DNA of 64,000 nucleotides from Myxococcota bacterium (GTDB lineage Bacteria; Myxococcota_A; UBA9160; JAFDDA01), in the NCBI GenBank assembly GCA_965228475.1, contig OZ245817.1:320001-384000 (forward strand), read 5' to 3'. The position numbers and the translations under genes are program-made. The notes beneath the pieces are model-generated. The model was not told the origin of the DNA. It ran no database searches and was given only the letters and a program-made list of their open reading frames with translations. This document shows, one piece after another, positions 29,975 to 39,678 of the stretch (positions are counted from its first letter, which is position 1; every line of letters starts with the position of its first letter).

Positions 29975-30550
29975 CTAGTTCGGGCCCGTGGGGTCGAGGC
30001 CGAGGGCTTCGTGGATGCGGGCGATCGCGGTCCGCTCCGGCCCGGAGACCGAACCGAAGCCGAGCAGGCCCCCTGCAGCCATGGCGACTTCGTGGCTGCC
30101 CTCGACGACGCGCCGGACGCTCGAAGGGGGCGTCGAGCGAGTCAGGCCCGCCTGGGCGAACCGATACCAGGCGTCGAGAAGCTCGCGGGGCGGCGGCCGC
30201 GACAGCCACAGTTCGAGCTGCGCGTGGGCCGGCCGCCCGAGTTCGAGCCCGAAGGCCGTGGCGACCCGGAGCACGCGCCAGCGCTCCTCGGTGTGGACCT
30301 CTCCGTCGGCCCACGCCACCTCGACGAGCGGCAGCGCTTCGAAGGCGGGGGCGGTGTCCGGGGTGATGCCGAGGTCGATCAGCTCGTCGAGGATCGGGTC
30401 CTCGGACCGCATCTCGAGCTCGGCGGCGAGCTCGGTCCGGAGCTTCTGGCGCCCGCTCGGACCGGCTCGGCGCGAGGCGGCGCGGCCCGCCTGGCGAAGG
30501 TAGGCCTCCTCGCGGGCGGCGGTGCGATCCCGAAGCGAGTCCGAGCTCAT
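29975..30550 (-). CDS. TerB-like protein with charged N-terminal helix
   Basis: PLVEVAWADG.V..EER, VA.AAGGLLGFGSVS..ER; GGAGGAAG RBS. Confidence 0.65.
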   Translation of the reverse strand: MSSDSLRDRTAAREEAYLRQAGRAASRRAGPSGRQKLRTELAAELEMRSEDPILDELIDLGITPDTAPAFEALPLVEVAWADGEVHTEERWRVLRVATAFGLELGRPAHAQLELWLSRPPPRELLDAWYRFAQAGLTRSTPPSSVRRVVEGSHEVAMAAGGLLGFGSVSGPERTAIARIHEALGLDPTGPN

Positions 30551-30602
30551 GGCGTCTTCCTCCGTTCTTGGAGGAAGGCTAGAACGCGAGTCTCGATTCG
30601 AA

Positions 30603-30644
30603 AAATAGAAAATTGAGACCCATCGCATCGATTTTAACGATGCG
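30603..30644. promoter_or_regulatory. Putative NhaR box 2
   Basis: AAATAG-N18-ATCG-N7-CGAT within the CGCATCG-ATTTTAA-CGATGCG inverted repeat. Confidence 0.75.
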
Positions 30645-30655
30645 TGAAAGGACGC

Positions 30656-31321
30656 TCAGGTCCAAAGGTTCAGGGGAGGCGTCCGCGTCATCGCCCGAAG
30701 GAGGTCGCCTCGAGAGACGATGCCCACGAGCTTGTCCTCGGCGGTGACGATCGGCATGGCCGTCATCTCGCGATCCACCATGACCCGGGCGATGCGCCGG
30801 ACGTCGGTCACCGGCTCGGCCGTGACGACTTCGCGGTGCATCACCTGGGAGACGAGCCTGGCCTGCCCGTACTGGATCCGGTCCCGTTCGATGATGAGCT
30901 GCTCCAGCAGCTCCCGTTCCGAGAGCATGCCGAGGAGTTCGACCTCCGGGGTCTGCACGGGAACCTGCCGGATGCCGTGCTCGCGCAGCAGCAGCCAGGC
31001 GTCCCGAACGTCCGCATTCGCCGAGACGCTGACGACGGGATGACGCATCACCTGGTGCGCGTGGACGATGCGCTCCCGGGATCCGAGCTTCGTCGCGTTG
31101 CGGTAGGCGGCGATCGCAGCCTGGGAGAGCGTCTGGCTCGCGCCGCCTTCACCCGGCTCGGCGGTGGCACCGGAGGCGTCCCGTCCGCTCGCGCCCTCGT
31201 CTCCGTCCGCGTCCGGTGCGTCGCGCCCGGGCGCCGTCAGGGCCTCGACCCGCCGGGTCTCGTAGAGCCGCTCGAGCGTCCCCGAGAAGCTTCGCACGCC
31301 TTCTTCGTAGATGGTGAACAC
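30656..31321 (-). CDS. CBS domain-containing protein
   Basis: Two CBS repeats (IRQVPV...LLGMLSERELL; MPIV..EDKLVGIVSRGDLL). Confidence 0.85.
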   Translation of the reverse strand: MFTIYEEGVRSFSGTLERLYETRRVEALTAPGRDAPDADGDEGASGRDASGATAEPGEGGASQTLSQAAIAAYRNATKLGSRERIVHAHQVMRHPVVSVSANADVRDAWLLLREHGIRQVPVQTPEVELLGMLSERELLEQLIIERDRIQYGQARLVSQVMHREVVTAEPVTDVRRIARVMVDREMTAMPIVTAEDKLVGIVSRGDLLRAMTRTPPLNLWT

Positions 31322-31333
31322 GGTTGCCTCCGC

Positions 31334-31672
31334 CTAGGGCTCCTCGGTCGTCGAAACACCCTGAAGATCGTCCCGCACCGTGCCCGACCAGCGCGGCACC
31401 CCGGCCTTGTACGCAGCGTGGCCGAGCCGGTGGGCCGCGACGGGTGCGGTAAGCAGGAAGAAGAGGACGATCAGCAGGGCCCGCATCGAGATGCCGAGCT
31501 CTCCGGAGTGGATGGCCAGCGCCGCCACCGTCAGGCTCACCCCGAGCGTCGCCGGCTTCGTGCTCGCGTGCATCCGGGTGTAGAGGTCCGGGAGGCGAAC
31601 CAGTCCGATCGCCGCGACGAGCACGAGCACGGCGCCGAGCAGCACGAGGGCGGAGACGATCAGTTCGTTCAT
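31334..31672 (-). CDS. mrpG: Mrp/Mnh Na+/H+ antiporter subunit G
   Basis: RLPDLYTRMHASTKPATLG, FFLLTAPVAAH. Confidence 0.93.
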   Translation of the reverse strand: MNELIVSALVLLGAVLVLVAAIGLVRLPDLYTRMHASTKPATLGVSLTVAALAIHSGELGISMRALLIVLFFLLTAPVAAHRLGHAAYKAGVPRWSGTVRDDLQGVSTTEEP

Positions 31673-31971
31673 TCCGGGTCCCCCGGGCCTTCGGACCCTT
31701 CCGATCCTCCGGATTCGATCAGGTGCGCCAGGGCCACGGTGCCGAGGAACGTGACCAGCGCGATCGCCAGCGCCACGTCGACGAAGACCGCGAGCCCGGT
31801 CCGCAGCGCGTAGAGCACGGCCGCGACCACGATCGTCGCGGCGATCACGTCGAGGGCGAGGACGCGGTCCGCGAGGCTCGGCCCGCGCGCGAGCCGCGCG
31901 AAGGCCGTGCAGATCGCCAGGGTCAACAGGACCAGCGCGATTCCGACCGCGACGTCGAGGGTGCCGGTCAT
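31669..31971 (-). CDS. mrpF: Mrp antiporter subunit F
   Basis: RGPSLADRVLALD, FLGTVALA. Confidence 0.92.
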   Translation of the reverse strand: MTGTLDVAVGIALVLLTLAICTAFARLARGPSLADRVLALDVIAATIVVAAVLYALRTGLAVFVDVALAIALVTFLGTVALAHLIESGGSEGSEGPGDPE

Positions 31972-32435
31972 CGGAGAAGCTCCAGGACCCTGCGTTCGAA
32001 TCCCTCCTTCACCTCGCGACGCACCTCTTCGACGTCGTCGAGGAACATCACGTGGACGAAGAGCGTCTTGCGATCGCCCGAGACGTCGAGGCTCACGCTC
32101 CCCGGCGTCAAGCTGACGAGGTTGGCCAGGAGCGTGATCTCGCCGTCGGTCTTCGCGTCGAGCGGGATGGCGACGATGCCCGGCTGGGCGAGGTGGCGCG
32201 GCGTCAGGACGTCCAGGGTCACGCGGACGCTCGAGAGCAGGAGCTGCCCGAAGAAGAACCCGATGAACTCGATCAGCCGCAGCGTCCTCAGGAAGTAACC
32301 GGATGAGCCGAACAGTTCGCTCGCGATGGCCAGGATCACGAAGCCGATCGCGAAGCCCGCCGCGAGGTTCCCGAGCGTGAACTCGCCGAGTACGGCAGCC
32401 CAGAGAAAGGCGAGGGCGAGGTTCCAACCGGTCAC
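31968..32435 (-). CDS. mrpE: Mrp antiporter subunit E
   Basis: PGIVAIPL, LANLVSLTPGS, LFVH, IK/VKEGFER-type ending. Confidence 0.92.
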   Translation of the reverse strand: MTGWNLALAFLWAAVLGEFTLGNLAAGFAIGFVILAIASELFGSSGYFLRTLRLIEFIGFFFGQLLLSSVRVTLDVLTPRHLAQPGIVAIPLDAKTDGEITLLANLVSLTPGSVSLDVSGDRKTLFVHVMFLDDVEEVRREVKEGFERRVLELLR

Positions 32436-33925
32436 GGTCGTGCCTCCAGCACCAGGCCCAGGTAGGCGGTCGGCTCGCGCAGCTGCATCGCGGCCTCCTC
32501 CGCGACCGACCAGAGGCCCTCGGCGCCGAAGCCGAGGCTGACGGTCAGGAGGGCGAACGCGCCGCTCGCGCCCAGGGCCGGCCAGGGCAGGTCGCGCTCG
32601 CGCGCCTCGTTCCCGTCCGGTGCGGGCTTCCAGAACGCTTCGCTCCAGATCTTCGTCATCGAGAACAGCGTGAGCAGGCCCGCCCCCAGCGCGACGGCCA
32701 CGGCCAGCCAGGCTTCGGCTTCGACGCCCGCGCGGAGCAGGAAGAGCTTCGCGAAGAACCCAGAGAGGGGCGGAACGCCCGCCAGCGAGAGGGCGGGCAC
32801 GGCGAACAGGATGGCCAGGCCCGTCCGGCGCACGGCGAGCCCGCCGAGGCCCGAGAGCGCTTCGCCGCCGCCCGCGCGGGCGATGAGGCCGCCCACCAGA
32901 AAGAGGTTCGTCTTGGTCACGATGTGGTGGATCACGTAGAAGATGGCGCTCGCCAGGGCCAGGGGCGTCGCGAGTGCCAGGCCGAGGACCATGTATCCGA
33001 TCTGGCTGACGATGTGGAAGGAGAGGATGCGCCGGACGTGGCCCTGGGACGCCGCGGCCAGGACGCCGCTCGCCATCGTCGCCGCCGCCACGGCGACGAG
33101 CATCGGCGCGAGCCCGTGGGCGTCGATCGGAAAGAGCAGCGTGAAGACGCGGATCAGGGCGTACACCCCGACCTTCGTGAGCAGCCCGGCGAAGAGGGCC
33201 GAGACGGCGAAACCCGCGGTCGGGTAGGCCGCCGGGAGCCAGAAGAAGACCGGGAAGAGGCCCGCCTTGATGCCGAAGGCGACCATCAACAGGACCGCGA
33301 CGGGCTGCGCGGCTTCGGCGGCGCCCGGCGCCCGGAGCTTGTTCGCGAGGTCGGCGAAGTTCAGCGTGCCGAGCTGTCCGTAGAGGATCCCGACGGCGGC
33401 GAGGAAGAACGCCGAGGCCAGCAGGTTCAGCGTCACGTAGGTGATGCCGCTCTTGAGGGCGCCGTGCCCGCCCCGCAGGACGAGCAGGACGAAGGACGCG
33501 AGCAGCATGACCTCGAACCAGACGTACAGGTTGAAGAGGTCGCCGGTGAGGAACGCGCCGCAGACGCCGAGCAGCAGGACGTGGAAGAACGGGAAGAACC
33601 CGGTTTCGAGCGAGGTCTCGTCGACCTCGTGGGTCGCGTAGACGGCGACGGCGAGGCCGACGACCGCGGTGACGAGGATCATCAGCGCCGCGAGCAGATC
33701 CGCCACCAGCGTGATCCCGTAAGGCGCAGCCCAGCTTCCGACCTGGACGGCGACGATGCCCGCGCTCCGGACTTCGAGGAACAGGGCGATGGCGGCGAGC
33801 AAAAGGAGCCCCGCGCCGGCGACGCCGATCGTTCGCTGCAGCGCCGCGCGCCCCCAGCCGAAGGCCCCGAGCGTGGCCGTGGCGAGCGGGATCAGGAGCG
33901 GAGCGAGGAGGAGAAGATCGCTCAT
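32432..33925 (-). CDS. mrpD: Mrp antiporter subunit D
   Basis: GAFLTGDLFNLYVWFEVML, IKAGLFP..FWLP, LLTKVGVY, SLAGVPPLSGF. Confidence 0.95.
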   Translation of the reverse strand: MSDLLLLAPLLIPLATATLGAFGWGRAALQRTIGVAGAGLLLLAAIALFLEVRSAGIVAVQVGSWAAPYGITLVADLLAALMILVTAVVGLAVAVYATHEVDETSLETGFFPFFHVLLLGVCGAFLTGDLFNLYVWFEVMLLASFVLLVLRGGHGALKSGITYVTLNLLASAFFLAAVGILYGQLGTLNFADLANKLRAPGAAEAAQPVAVLLMVAFGIKAGLFPVFFWLPAAYPTAGFAVSALFAGLLTKVGVYALIRVFTLLFPIDAHGLAPMLVAVAAATMASGVLAAASQGHVRRILSFHIVSQIGYMVLGLALATPLALASAIFYVIHHIVTKTNLFLVGGLIARAGGGEALSGLGGLAVRRTGLAILFAVPALSLAGVPPLSGFFAKLFLLRAGVEAEAWLAVAVALGAGLLTLFSMTKIWSEAFWKPAPDGNEARERDLPWPALGASGAFALLTVSLGFGAEGLWSVAEEAAMQLREPTAYLGLVLEARP

Positions 33926-34269
33926 CCCCGCTCGCCCCCGTAGGCATCGAGGTCGTCGGTCTCGCCCGCCTCTCCGGCACACAGGCCGAGGACGAGGGCG
34001 AAGGCGAGGACGGCGAAGGCGATCACGATCGCGGTCAGCACGAGGGCCTGGGGGAGCGGGTCGGCGCTTCCTGCGAGCGGACCCGTCGCGCCCTCGGGTG
34101 CGAGCGGAGGCGCGCCGAGTACCAGGCCGGCGCCCGCGAAGATCAACAGGTGGACGCCGTGGCTCAGCAAGGCCAGGCCGAGCAGGAGCTGCCAGAGGCT
34201 CCCGCGCAGCAGGAGCAGCAGCGAAACGGCGTAGATCACGCCGACCGTGCACGCGACGAGGAACGTCAC
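33922..34269 (-). CDS. mrpC: Mrp antiporter subunit C
   Basis: [15 protein letters not shown]. Confidence 0.93.
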   Translation of the reverse strand: MTFLVACTVGVIYAVSLLLLLRGSLWQLLLGLALLSHGVHLLIFAGAGLVLGAPPLAPEGATGPLAGSADPLPQALVLTAIVIAFAVLAFALVLGLCAGEAGETDDLDAYGGERG

Positions 34270-34676
34270 TGCGTTTCCTCCATCAGCGCGAGGAGCATCG
34301 CGAGGACGACGCCCATCACGGTCAGGTAGACCCCGAGGTCGAAGAGCAGGGGCGTACCGAGGGGCAGCACGGCATCGGCGGACTTCATCCACAGCCCGGT
34401 GAGGAACGGCTCGCTGCGCGTGAGGGCGAGGCAGCCGGCGGTGAGGCTCGTCGCGAGGCCGAAGGGGACGAGCCGGGTCGGCCGCACGCGGAGCACCTGA
34501 CGCGCGATCGCGGGCCCCTGGGCCAGGGCGATCAGCACGAAGGCCGTGGCCGCGACGAGGCCGCCCACGAAGCCGCCGCCCGGCTCGTGATGACCGCGCC
34601 AGAGCAGGAAGAGCGAGAAGAGGAGGAGCAGCGGGACGAGCAGGCGTGTCGCCGTTCGCAGGATCAACGTGCTCAC
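34266..34676 (-). CDS. mrpB: Mrp antiporter subunit B
   Basis: [21 protein letters not shown]. Confidence 0.93.
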   Translation of the reverse strand: MSTLILRTATRLLVPLLLLFSLFLLWRGHHEPGGGFVGGLVAATAFVLIALAQGPAIARQVLRVRPTRLVPFGLATSLTAGCLALTRSEPFLTGLWMKSADAVLPLGTPLLFDLGVYLTVMGVVLAMLLALMEETQ

Positions 34677-37009
34677 GAGGCGGCTCCCGGGTCGGCGGCG
34701 AGCCTTCGCCTCGTGAGGGCGAGCCTTCGCCTCGCGAGCAGGCCGAGCACGCCGAGCGCGGCGACCGCGAGCACCGTGATCTCGCCCAGCGTATCGAGGG
34801 CGCGGAAGTCGACGAGGATCACGTTCACGACGTTCCGGCCGTGAGCCGCCGGGACGCTCCACTCGTTGAAGAAGCCCGAGATCGGTTCCGCTGCCTGCAG
34901 GTGGAAGGTGAGGAGCGTCAGGGTGGTCATGGTGACGCCGGCCACCAGCGCGAGGGCCACCGCGCCCGGCCGGTGCTGCGTCCAGCGTGCGGGTGCCGAA
35001 GCCGGGAGTTTCCGCAGGACGAAGACGAACAGTACGACCGTCAGCACCTCGACCACGAGCTGGGTGAGCGCGAGGTCCGGCGCGCTGTAGACGAGGAAGA
35101 GCAGCGCGACGCCGAAGCCGACCGCGCCGAGCGCGGCGACCGCCACGAGCGGCGTCGAGGCGGTGAGCATCAGGAGCGCGCCTCCGATCACGAGGAAGCC
35201 CGACGCCACGCCGATGCTCGAGAGCGGCGGACCGTCGAACCACGACGCCACGTTCGGCGACGACGTCGCGAGCACCCAGACCGTGGCGAGGAATCCGGTC
35301 GTGAGCGTGATGGCCAGATAGCGGCGAAGGGAACCGTTCTGGAGCTCGCGCGCCTGCCAGGCCGCCATGCGGAGCAGGGCGGCGAAGCCGGCGTCCCAGG
35401 CCCGGTTGGGGCCGACGCGCCCTGCGGGCGCTGCCGAAGGCGCGCGTTCGAGAACGCGCCTCCGTCCGCGATAGAGCCCGACCCCGAAGAGCACGGTGAG
35501 CGCACTCAGGGCGAGGATCGGCGTGAAGCCGTGCCAGAGCGCGAGACCCGTGGGCGCCTGCTCCTGGAGGATCGCTGTGGCCACCGGCGCGATGATCCAG
35601 CGTTCCGCGGGGCCGACGAGGAGCCCCGCCAGGACGCCCGCCACGGCCAGGAGCGTCGGGCCGGTGCGCAACGCCGGCCCCGGATCGTGGGGCACCGACG
35701 GCAGCTCTCCCCGTTCGCCGCGGAACGGCTCGAACCCGACCCGCAGCGCCGCGAACACCAGACACACCGCGGTCGCGATCGTCGCGATGCCGAAGAACGC
35801 GGCCCAATGCGGCGCCTCGAGCGCGGCCTCGTAGGCCGTCTCCTTGGCGAGGAAGCCGAAGAGCGGCGGCGCTCCCGCCATGGAGATCCCGGCCGCGAGC
35901 GCGGCACCCGCCGTCCAGGGCATCGCCTTCCGCAGCCCGCCGAGCTTCGCGAGCGAACGGGTGCCCGTCGCATGATCGACGTTTCCGGCGACGAGGAAGA
36001 GCGTGCCCTTGTAGAGCGCGTGTGCGAGCAGCGTCACCGCGAAGGCGCGCGCCGCGATCGGGGTGCCGAGCCCGAGGAGCATCGTCAGAAGGCCGAGCAC
36101 GCTGACGGTCGAGTAGGCGAGGAGCCGCTTCAGGTCGTCCTGGCCGAGAGCCATCACCGCGCCGGTCAGCATCGTGAGGGCCCCGATGCCGCCGAGCAGC
36201 CCGTACCAGAGCTCCGTTCCGCCGAGCGCGGGGGAGAAGCGCGCCAGCAGGAAGATGCCGGCCTTCACCATCGTCGAGGAGTGGAGGTAGGCGCTCACCG
36301 GCGTCGGTGCCTGCATGGCTCCGGGGAGCCAGAAGTGGAAGGGAACCTGCGCCGACTTCGTGAACGCCCCCGCGGCCACCAGGCCGAGGATCCAGGCGTA
36401 GTGCGGGTGGGCGCGGACGACGTCGCCCGCCCGGGTGATCTCGGAGATCGACGTCGTTCCCGCGGCGGAGGCCAGCAGGATCAGGCCCGTGAGGAGGGCG
36501 AGGCCGCCCGCCGCCGTCACGAGCAGCGACTGGCGCGCTGCGAGCCGCGCTTCCTCCCGGTCCTGCTGGAAGCCGATCAGCAGGAAGGAGGAGATGGTCG
36601 TCAGCTCCCAGAAGACGAACAGAAGGAAGAGGTCGTCCGCCGTGGCGAGGCCGAGCATGGCGGCCATGAACACGAAGAGCGTCGCGTAGAACCGGCCGAG
36701 CCGGGGGTGTCCGCGCAGGTAGCCCGAAGCGTAGACGACGATCAGCGCCCCGATCCCCGAGACGAGGAGGACCAGAAGGTTGGCGAGCCCGTCCGTTCGG
36801 AAGGCCCAGTCGATGCCGAGGCTCGGGATCCACGGAGCGCGGAAGACCGCGTAGTCGCCGACGGCGACGGAGAACTGAGCGGCGATCGCGTGCAGGAAGA
36901 CGCCGGTCGGAACGAGCGCGAGCAAGAGGCCGGCGCGATCGGCGAGGAGCTTCGGGGCTGTCGGGGCCAGGACCGCCGTCGCGAGGACGATGGGAAGGAT
37001 CCACTCCAT
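34673..37009 (-). CDS. mrpA: Mrp antiporter subunit A
   Basis: [73 protein letters not shown]. Confidence 0.96.
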   Translation of the reverse strand: MEWILPIVLATAVLAPTAPKLLADRAGLLLALVPTGVFLHAIAAQFSVAVGDYAVFRAPWIPSLGIDWAFRTDGLANLLVLLVSGIGALIVVYASGYLRGHPRLGRFYATLFVFMAAMLGLATADDLFLLFVFWELTTISSFLLIGFQQDREEARLAARQSLLVTAAGGLALLTGLILLASAAGTTSISEITRAGDVVRAHPHYAWILGLVAAGAFTKSAQVPFHFWLPGAMQAPTPVSAYLHSSTMVKAGIFLLARFSPALGGTELWYGLLGGIGALTMLTGAVMALGQDDLKRLLAYSTVSVLGLLTMLLGLGTPIAARAFAVTLLAHALYKGTLFLVAGNVDHATGTRSLAKLGGLRKAMPWTAGAALAAGISMAGAPPLFGFLAKETAYEAALEAPHWAAFFGIATIATAVCLVFAALRVGFEPFRGERGELPSVPHDPGPALRTGPTLLAVAGVLAGLLVGPAERWIIAPVATAILQEQAPTGLALWHGFTPILALSALTVLFGVGLYRGRRRVLERAPSAAPAGRVGPNRAWDAGFAALLRMAAWQARELQNGSLRRYLAITLTTGFLATVWVLATSSPNVASWFDGPPLSSIGVASGFLVIGGALLMLTASTPLVAVAALGAVGFGVALLFLVYSAPDLALTQLVVEVLTVVLFVFVLRKLPASAPARWTQHRPGAVALALVAGVTMTTLTLLTFHLQAAEPISGFFNEWSVPAAHGRNVVNVILVDFRALDTLGEITVLAVAALGVLGLLARRRLALTRRRLAADPGAAS

Positions 37010-37012
37010 CGA

Positions 37013-37315
37013 CTACACGTACTTCTCACCGCGCACGACCGCGACGTCCTGCACGAAGACGACGATGGCGTAGTTCTCGAAGAAGCGTTCTGCGACCGCC
37101 GTCGTGATTGCGTCCGCCGTCTCCGCGGAGACCAGCGCCTCCAAGCGAACGTTCGCGCCCTCGACGTCGCCGACGCGCCGGCCGCGCGAGCCCTCGCCGC
37201 GGACTTCGCTCCGCGTGAAGCCGCTCGCGCCTCGAGTGCGGAGCTCTTTCACGAGCAGATCCTCGAGGACGGCCTCGGCGATGATCGTCACGAGCTTGAC
37301 CTGGGTCATCAGCAT
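37013..37315 (-). CDS. sbtB: SbtB-like P-II superfamily regulator
   Basis: [32 protein letters not shown]; adjacent to sbtA. Confidence 0.85.
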   Translation of the reverse strand: MLMTQVKLVTIIAEAVLEDLLVKELRTRGASGFTRSEVRGEGSRGRRVGDVEGANVRLEALVSAETADAITTAVAERFFENYAIVVFVQDVAVVRGEKYV

Positions 37316-37325
37316 GAAGGTCTCC

Positions 37326-38282
37326 TCAGGCCTGCCACCAGCGGGCGAAGGCGTGGAAGAGCGGAATGCCCACCGTCAGGTTGAAGGGGAACGTAACCGC
37401 CAGGACGGGCGGGAGGTACAGGCTCGGGTTGGCCTCGGGCAGCGCGAGACGGACGGCGGCCGGTGCCGCGATGTACGAGGCGCTCGCCGCGAGGAGACCG
37501 AGGGTGAAGGCGCCGCCCTCCGAGAGCCCGGTCGCGCTGCCGAGGATGATGCCGGCGAAGCCGTGCAGGATCGGCATGAGGACCGAGAACGCGAGCAGGA
37601 AGGCGCCCGAACTTCGCAGGTCTTCCAGTCGGCCCGCGGCCACCCGGCCCATCTCGAGCAGGAAGAGACAGAGCGCGCCCTGGAAGGGTTCGACGAAGAA
37701 CGGCGCGACTTTCGCGAGGCCGGCCGGGCCCGAGAGCAGTCCGATCACGAGGCCGCCGGCGAGCAACACGACACTCCGGCCGGTCAGGGTCTCGTGCATT
37801 CCGTCGCGCAGGCTGCGCTCCTCGCTCTGTCCGGCCTGGGCCAGGAGCAGCGCGACGACGATCCCCGGGATCTCGAGCAGCGCGGCGAAGGCCGGCATGA
37901 ATCCCTCGTAGGGCACGGAGATCGCGTCGAGGTACGCCGTTCCGGCGATGAAGGTGACGATCGAGATGGAACCGTAGTGCGCGGCCACCGCCGCCGAATC
38001 GGCGACGCCGAGGCCGCCCATGCGGCGCAGCAGGAAGTAACACCAGAGCGGGGTCGCCGAACCCAAGGCCAGGGCGGCCAGGGCTGGGACCGCCACCTCA
38101 CCGAGGGAAGCCTGGGAGAGGGCCGCGCCGCCCTTGAGGCCGATCGCGAAGATCAGATAGATCGAGAGGCCCGAGTAGATGGCGTCGGGGAGCCGGAGGT
38201 CGCTTCCGACGCGGGCCGCCAAGGCCCCCAGAACGAACGCCAGCACCATCGGTGTCAGGAGGTTGTTCTGGACGAGTTCCAC
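37326..38282 (-). CDS. sbtA: SbtA family Na+-dependent bicarbonate transporter
   Basis: SIYLIFAIGLKGG, AHYGSIS.VTF, FLLEMG, ASASYIAAPAA, TFPFN..VGIP. Confidence 0.92.
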   Translation of the reverse strand: MELVQNNLLTPMVLAFVLGALAARVGSDLRLPDAIYSGLSIYLIFAIGLKGGAALSQASLGEVAVPALAALALGSATPLWCYFLLRRMGGLGVADSAAVAAHYGSISIVTFIAGTAYLDAISVPYEGFMPAFAALLEIPGIVVALLLAQAGQSEERSLRDGMHETLTGRSVVLLAGGLVIGLLSGPAGLAKVAPFFVEPFQGALCLFLLEMGRVAAGRLEDLRSSGAFLLAFSVLMPILHGFAGIILGSATGLSEGGAFTLGLLAASASYIAAPAAVRLALPEANPSLYLPPVLAVTFPFNLTVGIPLFHAFARWWQA

Positions 38283-38386
38283 GGGCCGAGGCTCCCTTCG
38301 CTTTCGTCCAGCCGATCGCCCAGAACGGTTCCGGGCGGACGGCTACGGACGCGAGGGGGAGAATGGTCTTCGGCGGTGTATCCAAC

Positions 38387-38425
38387 AAATAGAAAAGTTA
38401 GAGGCCACTCATTGGTCAGATCGAT
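38387..38425. promoter_or_regulatory. Putative NhaR box 3 upstream of sbtA-mrp
   Basis: AAATAG-N18-ATTG-N7-CGAT, same spacing as boxes 1 and 2; overlaps the 3' end of the SRPBCC gene. Confidence 0.65.
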
Positions 38426-38900
38426 GGGTGGCCGAGCGGAATGCGACGAGCACGTCGCCCCACCACAGGCCCATCGAGCCGAGGAACGCCTCTTCGTCCT
38501 GGCCGTGGCGGACGGGATGTCCGGCCCCGAGCGCCTCGAAGCCCGTGTTCTCGATGGTCACCAGGGTGCCGCTCGGCGTCGCCTCGAAGCGCACCTCGAC
38601 GTGGGTGAATTCTTCGGCCTCGAAGTCCCGGCCGCGCATCCCGAAGGCGAGGCGCCGCCCGGGCTCCCAGGCGCGCACGCGGCCGAGCTCGAAGTGGGTG
38701 CCGTCCGGATAGCGCTCGAGCAGGCGTCCGCCGTCCGCCGCCGGTTCGAAGCCGAGGACGCCCCGCTCGCCGTCGATCGCCGGGCGGAAGCGCGCGCCGT
38801 GACGCCACCAGGCATCGATCTCCTCGGTGAAGACGGCGAACGCCTCGTCCGGTGGGACGCGGACGAGCGTCCGGGCGCGCGCCATCAGCGGCCCGGTCAT
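38409..38900 (-). CDS. SRPBCC (AHSA1-like) domain protein
   Basis: AFAVFTEEIDAWW, GRVRAWEPGRRLAF, THVEVRF. Confidence 0.85.
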   Translation of the reverse strand: MTGPLMARARTLVRVPPDEAFAVFTEEIDAWWRHGARFRPAIDGERGVLGFEPAADGGRLLERYPDGTHFELGRVRAWEPGRRLAFGMRGRDFEAEEFTHVEVRFEATPSGTLVTIENTGFEALGAGHPVRHGQDEEAFLGSMGLWWGDVLVAFRSATHRSDQ

Positions 38901-39235
38901 CGGCGCCGTTTGCCTTCGGTGTGGCGGCGGAAGGCGTCGAGCTGCAGCTCCCAGAACTCCTGGACCTCGACCACCCAGCCTTCGAGGTCCCGCAGGGGCT
39001 CGGGCCGGAGCCGGTAGACGCGGGCGCGGGCATCGAGCTCGTCCGCGTGTTCCTCGACGAGCCCGCAGGTCCGAAGCGTGCGCAGGTGACGGCTCATGGC
39101 GGGCCGGCTCATGCCGAAGGCGTCGGCGATCTCGCTCGCGCGGCGCGGCCCGCGGCCCAGCAGGCCGACGACCCGCCGGCGGGTCGGGTCCGAGAGGGCG
39201 GCGAAGGTCTCGTCGAGGCGCTCGGCGGCTCCCAC
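38897..39235 (-). CDS. ArsR/SmtB family transcriptional regulator
   Basis: TFAALSDPTRR, SRPAMSRHLRTL, FWE.QLDAF. Confidence 0.9.
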   Translation of the reverse strand: MGAAERLDETFAALSDPTRRRVVGLLGRGPRRASEIADAFGMSRPAMSRHLRTLRTCGLVEEHADELDARARVYRLRPEPLRDLEGWVVEVQEFWELQLDAFRRHTEGKRRR

Positions 39236-39237
39236 GG

Positions 39238-39678
39238 CTATCCGCCCGCCCCGCCCGAGTCGATGATCTCCTGCATGGTTTCGGGAGAGACTTCGCGCTT
39301 CGGCTGCCAGAAGATCCAGCGCTGGCCTTCCGGGTCGATCGCCCGGTAGGAGCGGGCTCCGTGGAACTGGTCGGCCGGCTCCTCGGCGATGATCGCGCCT
39401 TCGTCGCGGGCCCGGGCGTGGTGGGCGTCGACGTCGTCGACCCGAACGTTCAGCGCGGCGTGCAACCCGGGCAGATCCTTCGCTGCCGACATCCCTCCGG
39501 CCTTCCACGTCGTCGCGAGCTGGAGCTGCCCCTCGCCGAGCTGGAGCTCGGCGTGGCCGACCGAGCCGTCGGGCATGCGCAGGCGGTACGCCTCGCGGAA
39601 GCCGAACGCGCGGCACAGGAACTCGATGGCGGCCGGGGCGTCGTCGTAGGCCAGCATCGGAACGATGGCGCCGCTCAC
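39238..39678 (-). CDS. VOC/glyoxalase family protein
   Basis: PMLAYDDA.AAIEFL..AFGF, HAEL, DVDAH, DPEG..W.F. Confidence 0.88.
   Translation of the reverse strand: MSGAIVPMLAYDDAPAAIEFLCRAFGFREAYRLRMPDGSVGHAELQLGEGQLQLATTWKAGGMSAAKDLPGLHAALNVRVDDVDAHHARARDEGAIIAEEPADQFHGARSYRAIDPEGQRWIFWQPKREVSPETMQEIIDSGGAGG

Noticed and set aside
34697..34734. 21-bp-period duplication at the mrpA 3' end (RRRLA twice)
   Set aside because: In-frame slippage in a variable tail with no evident function
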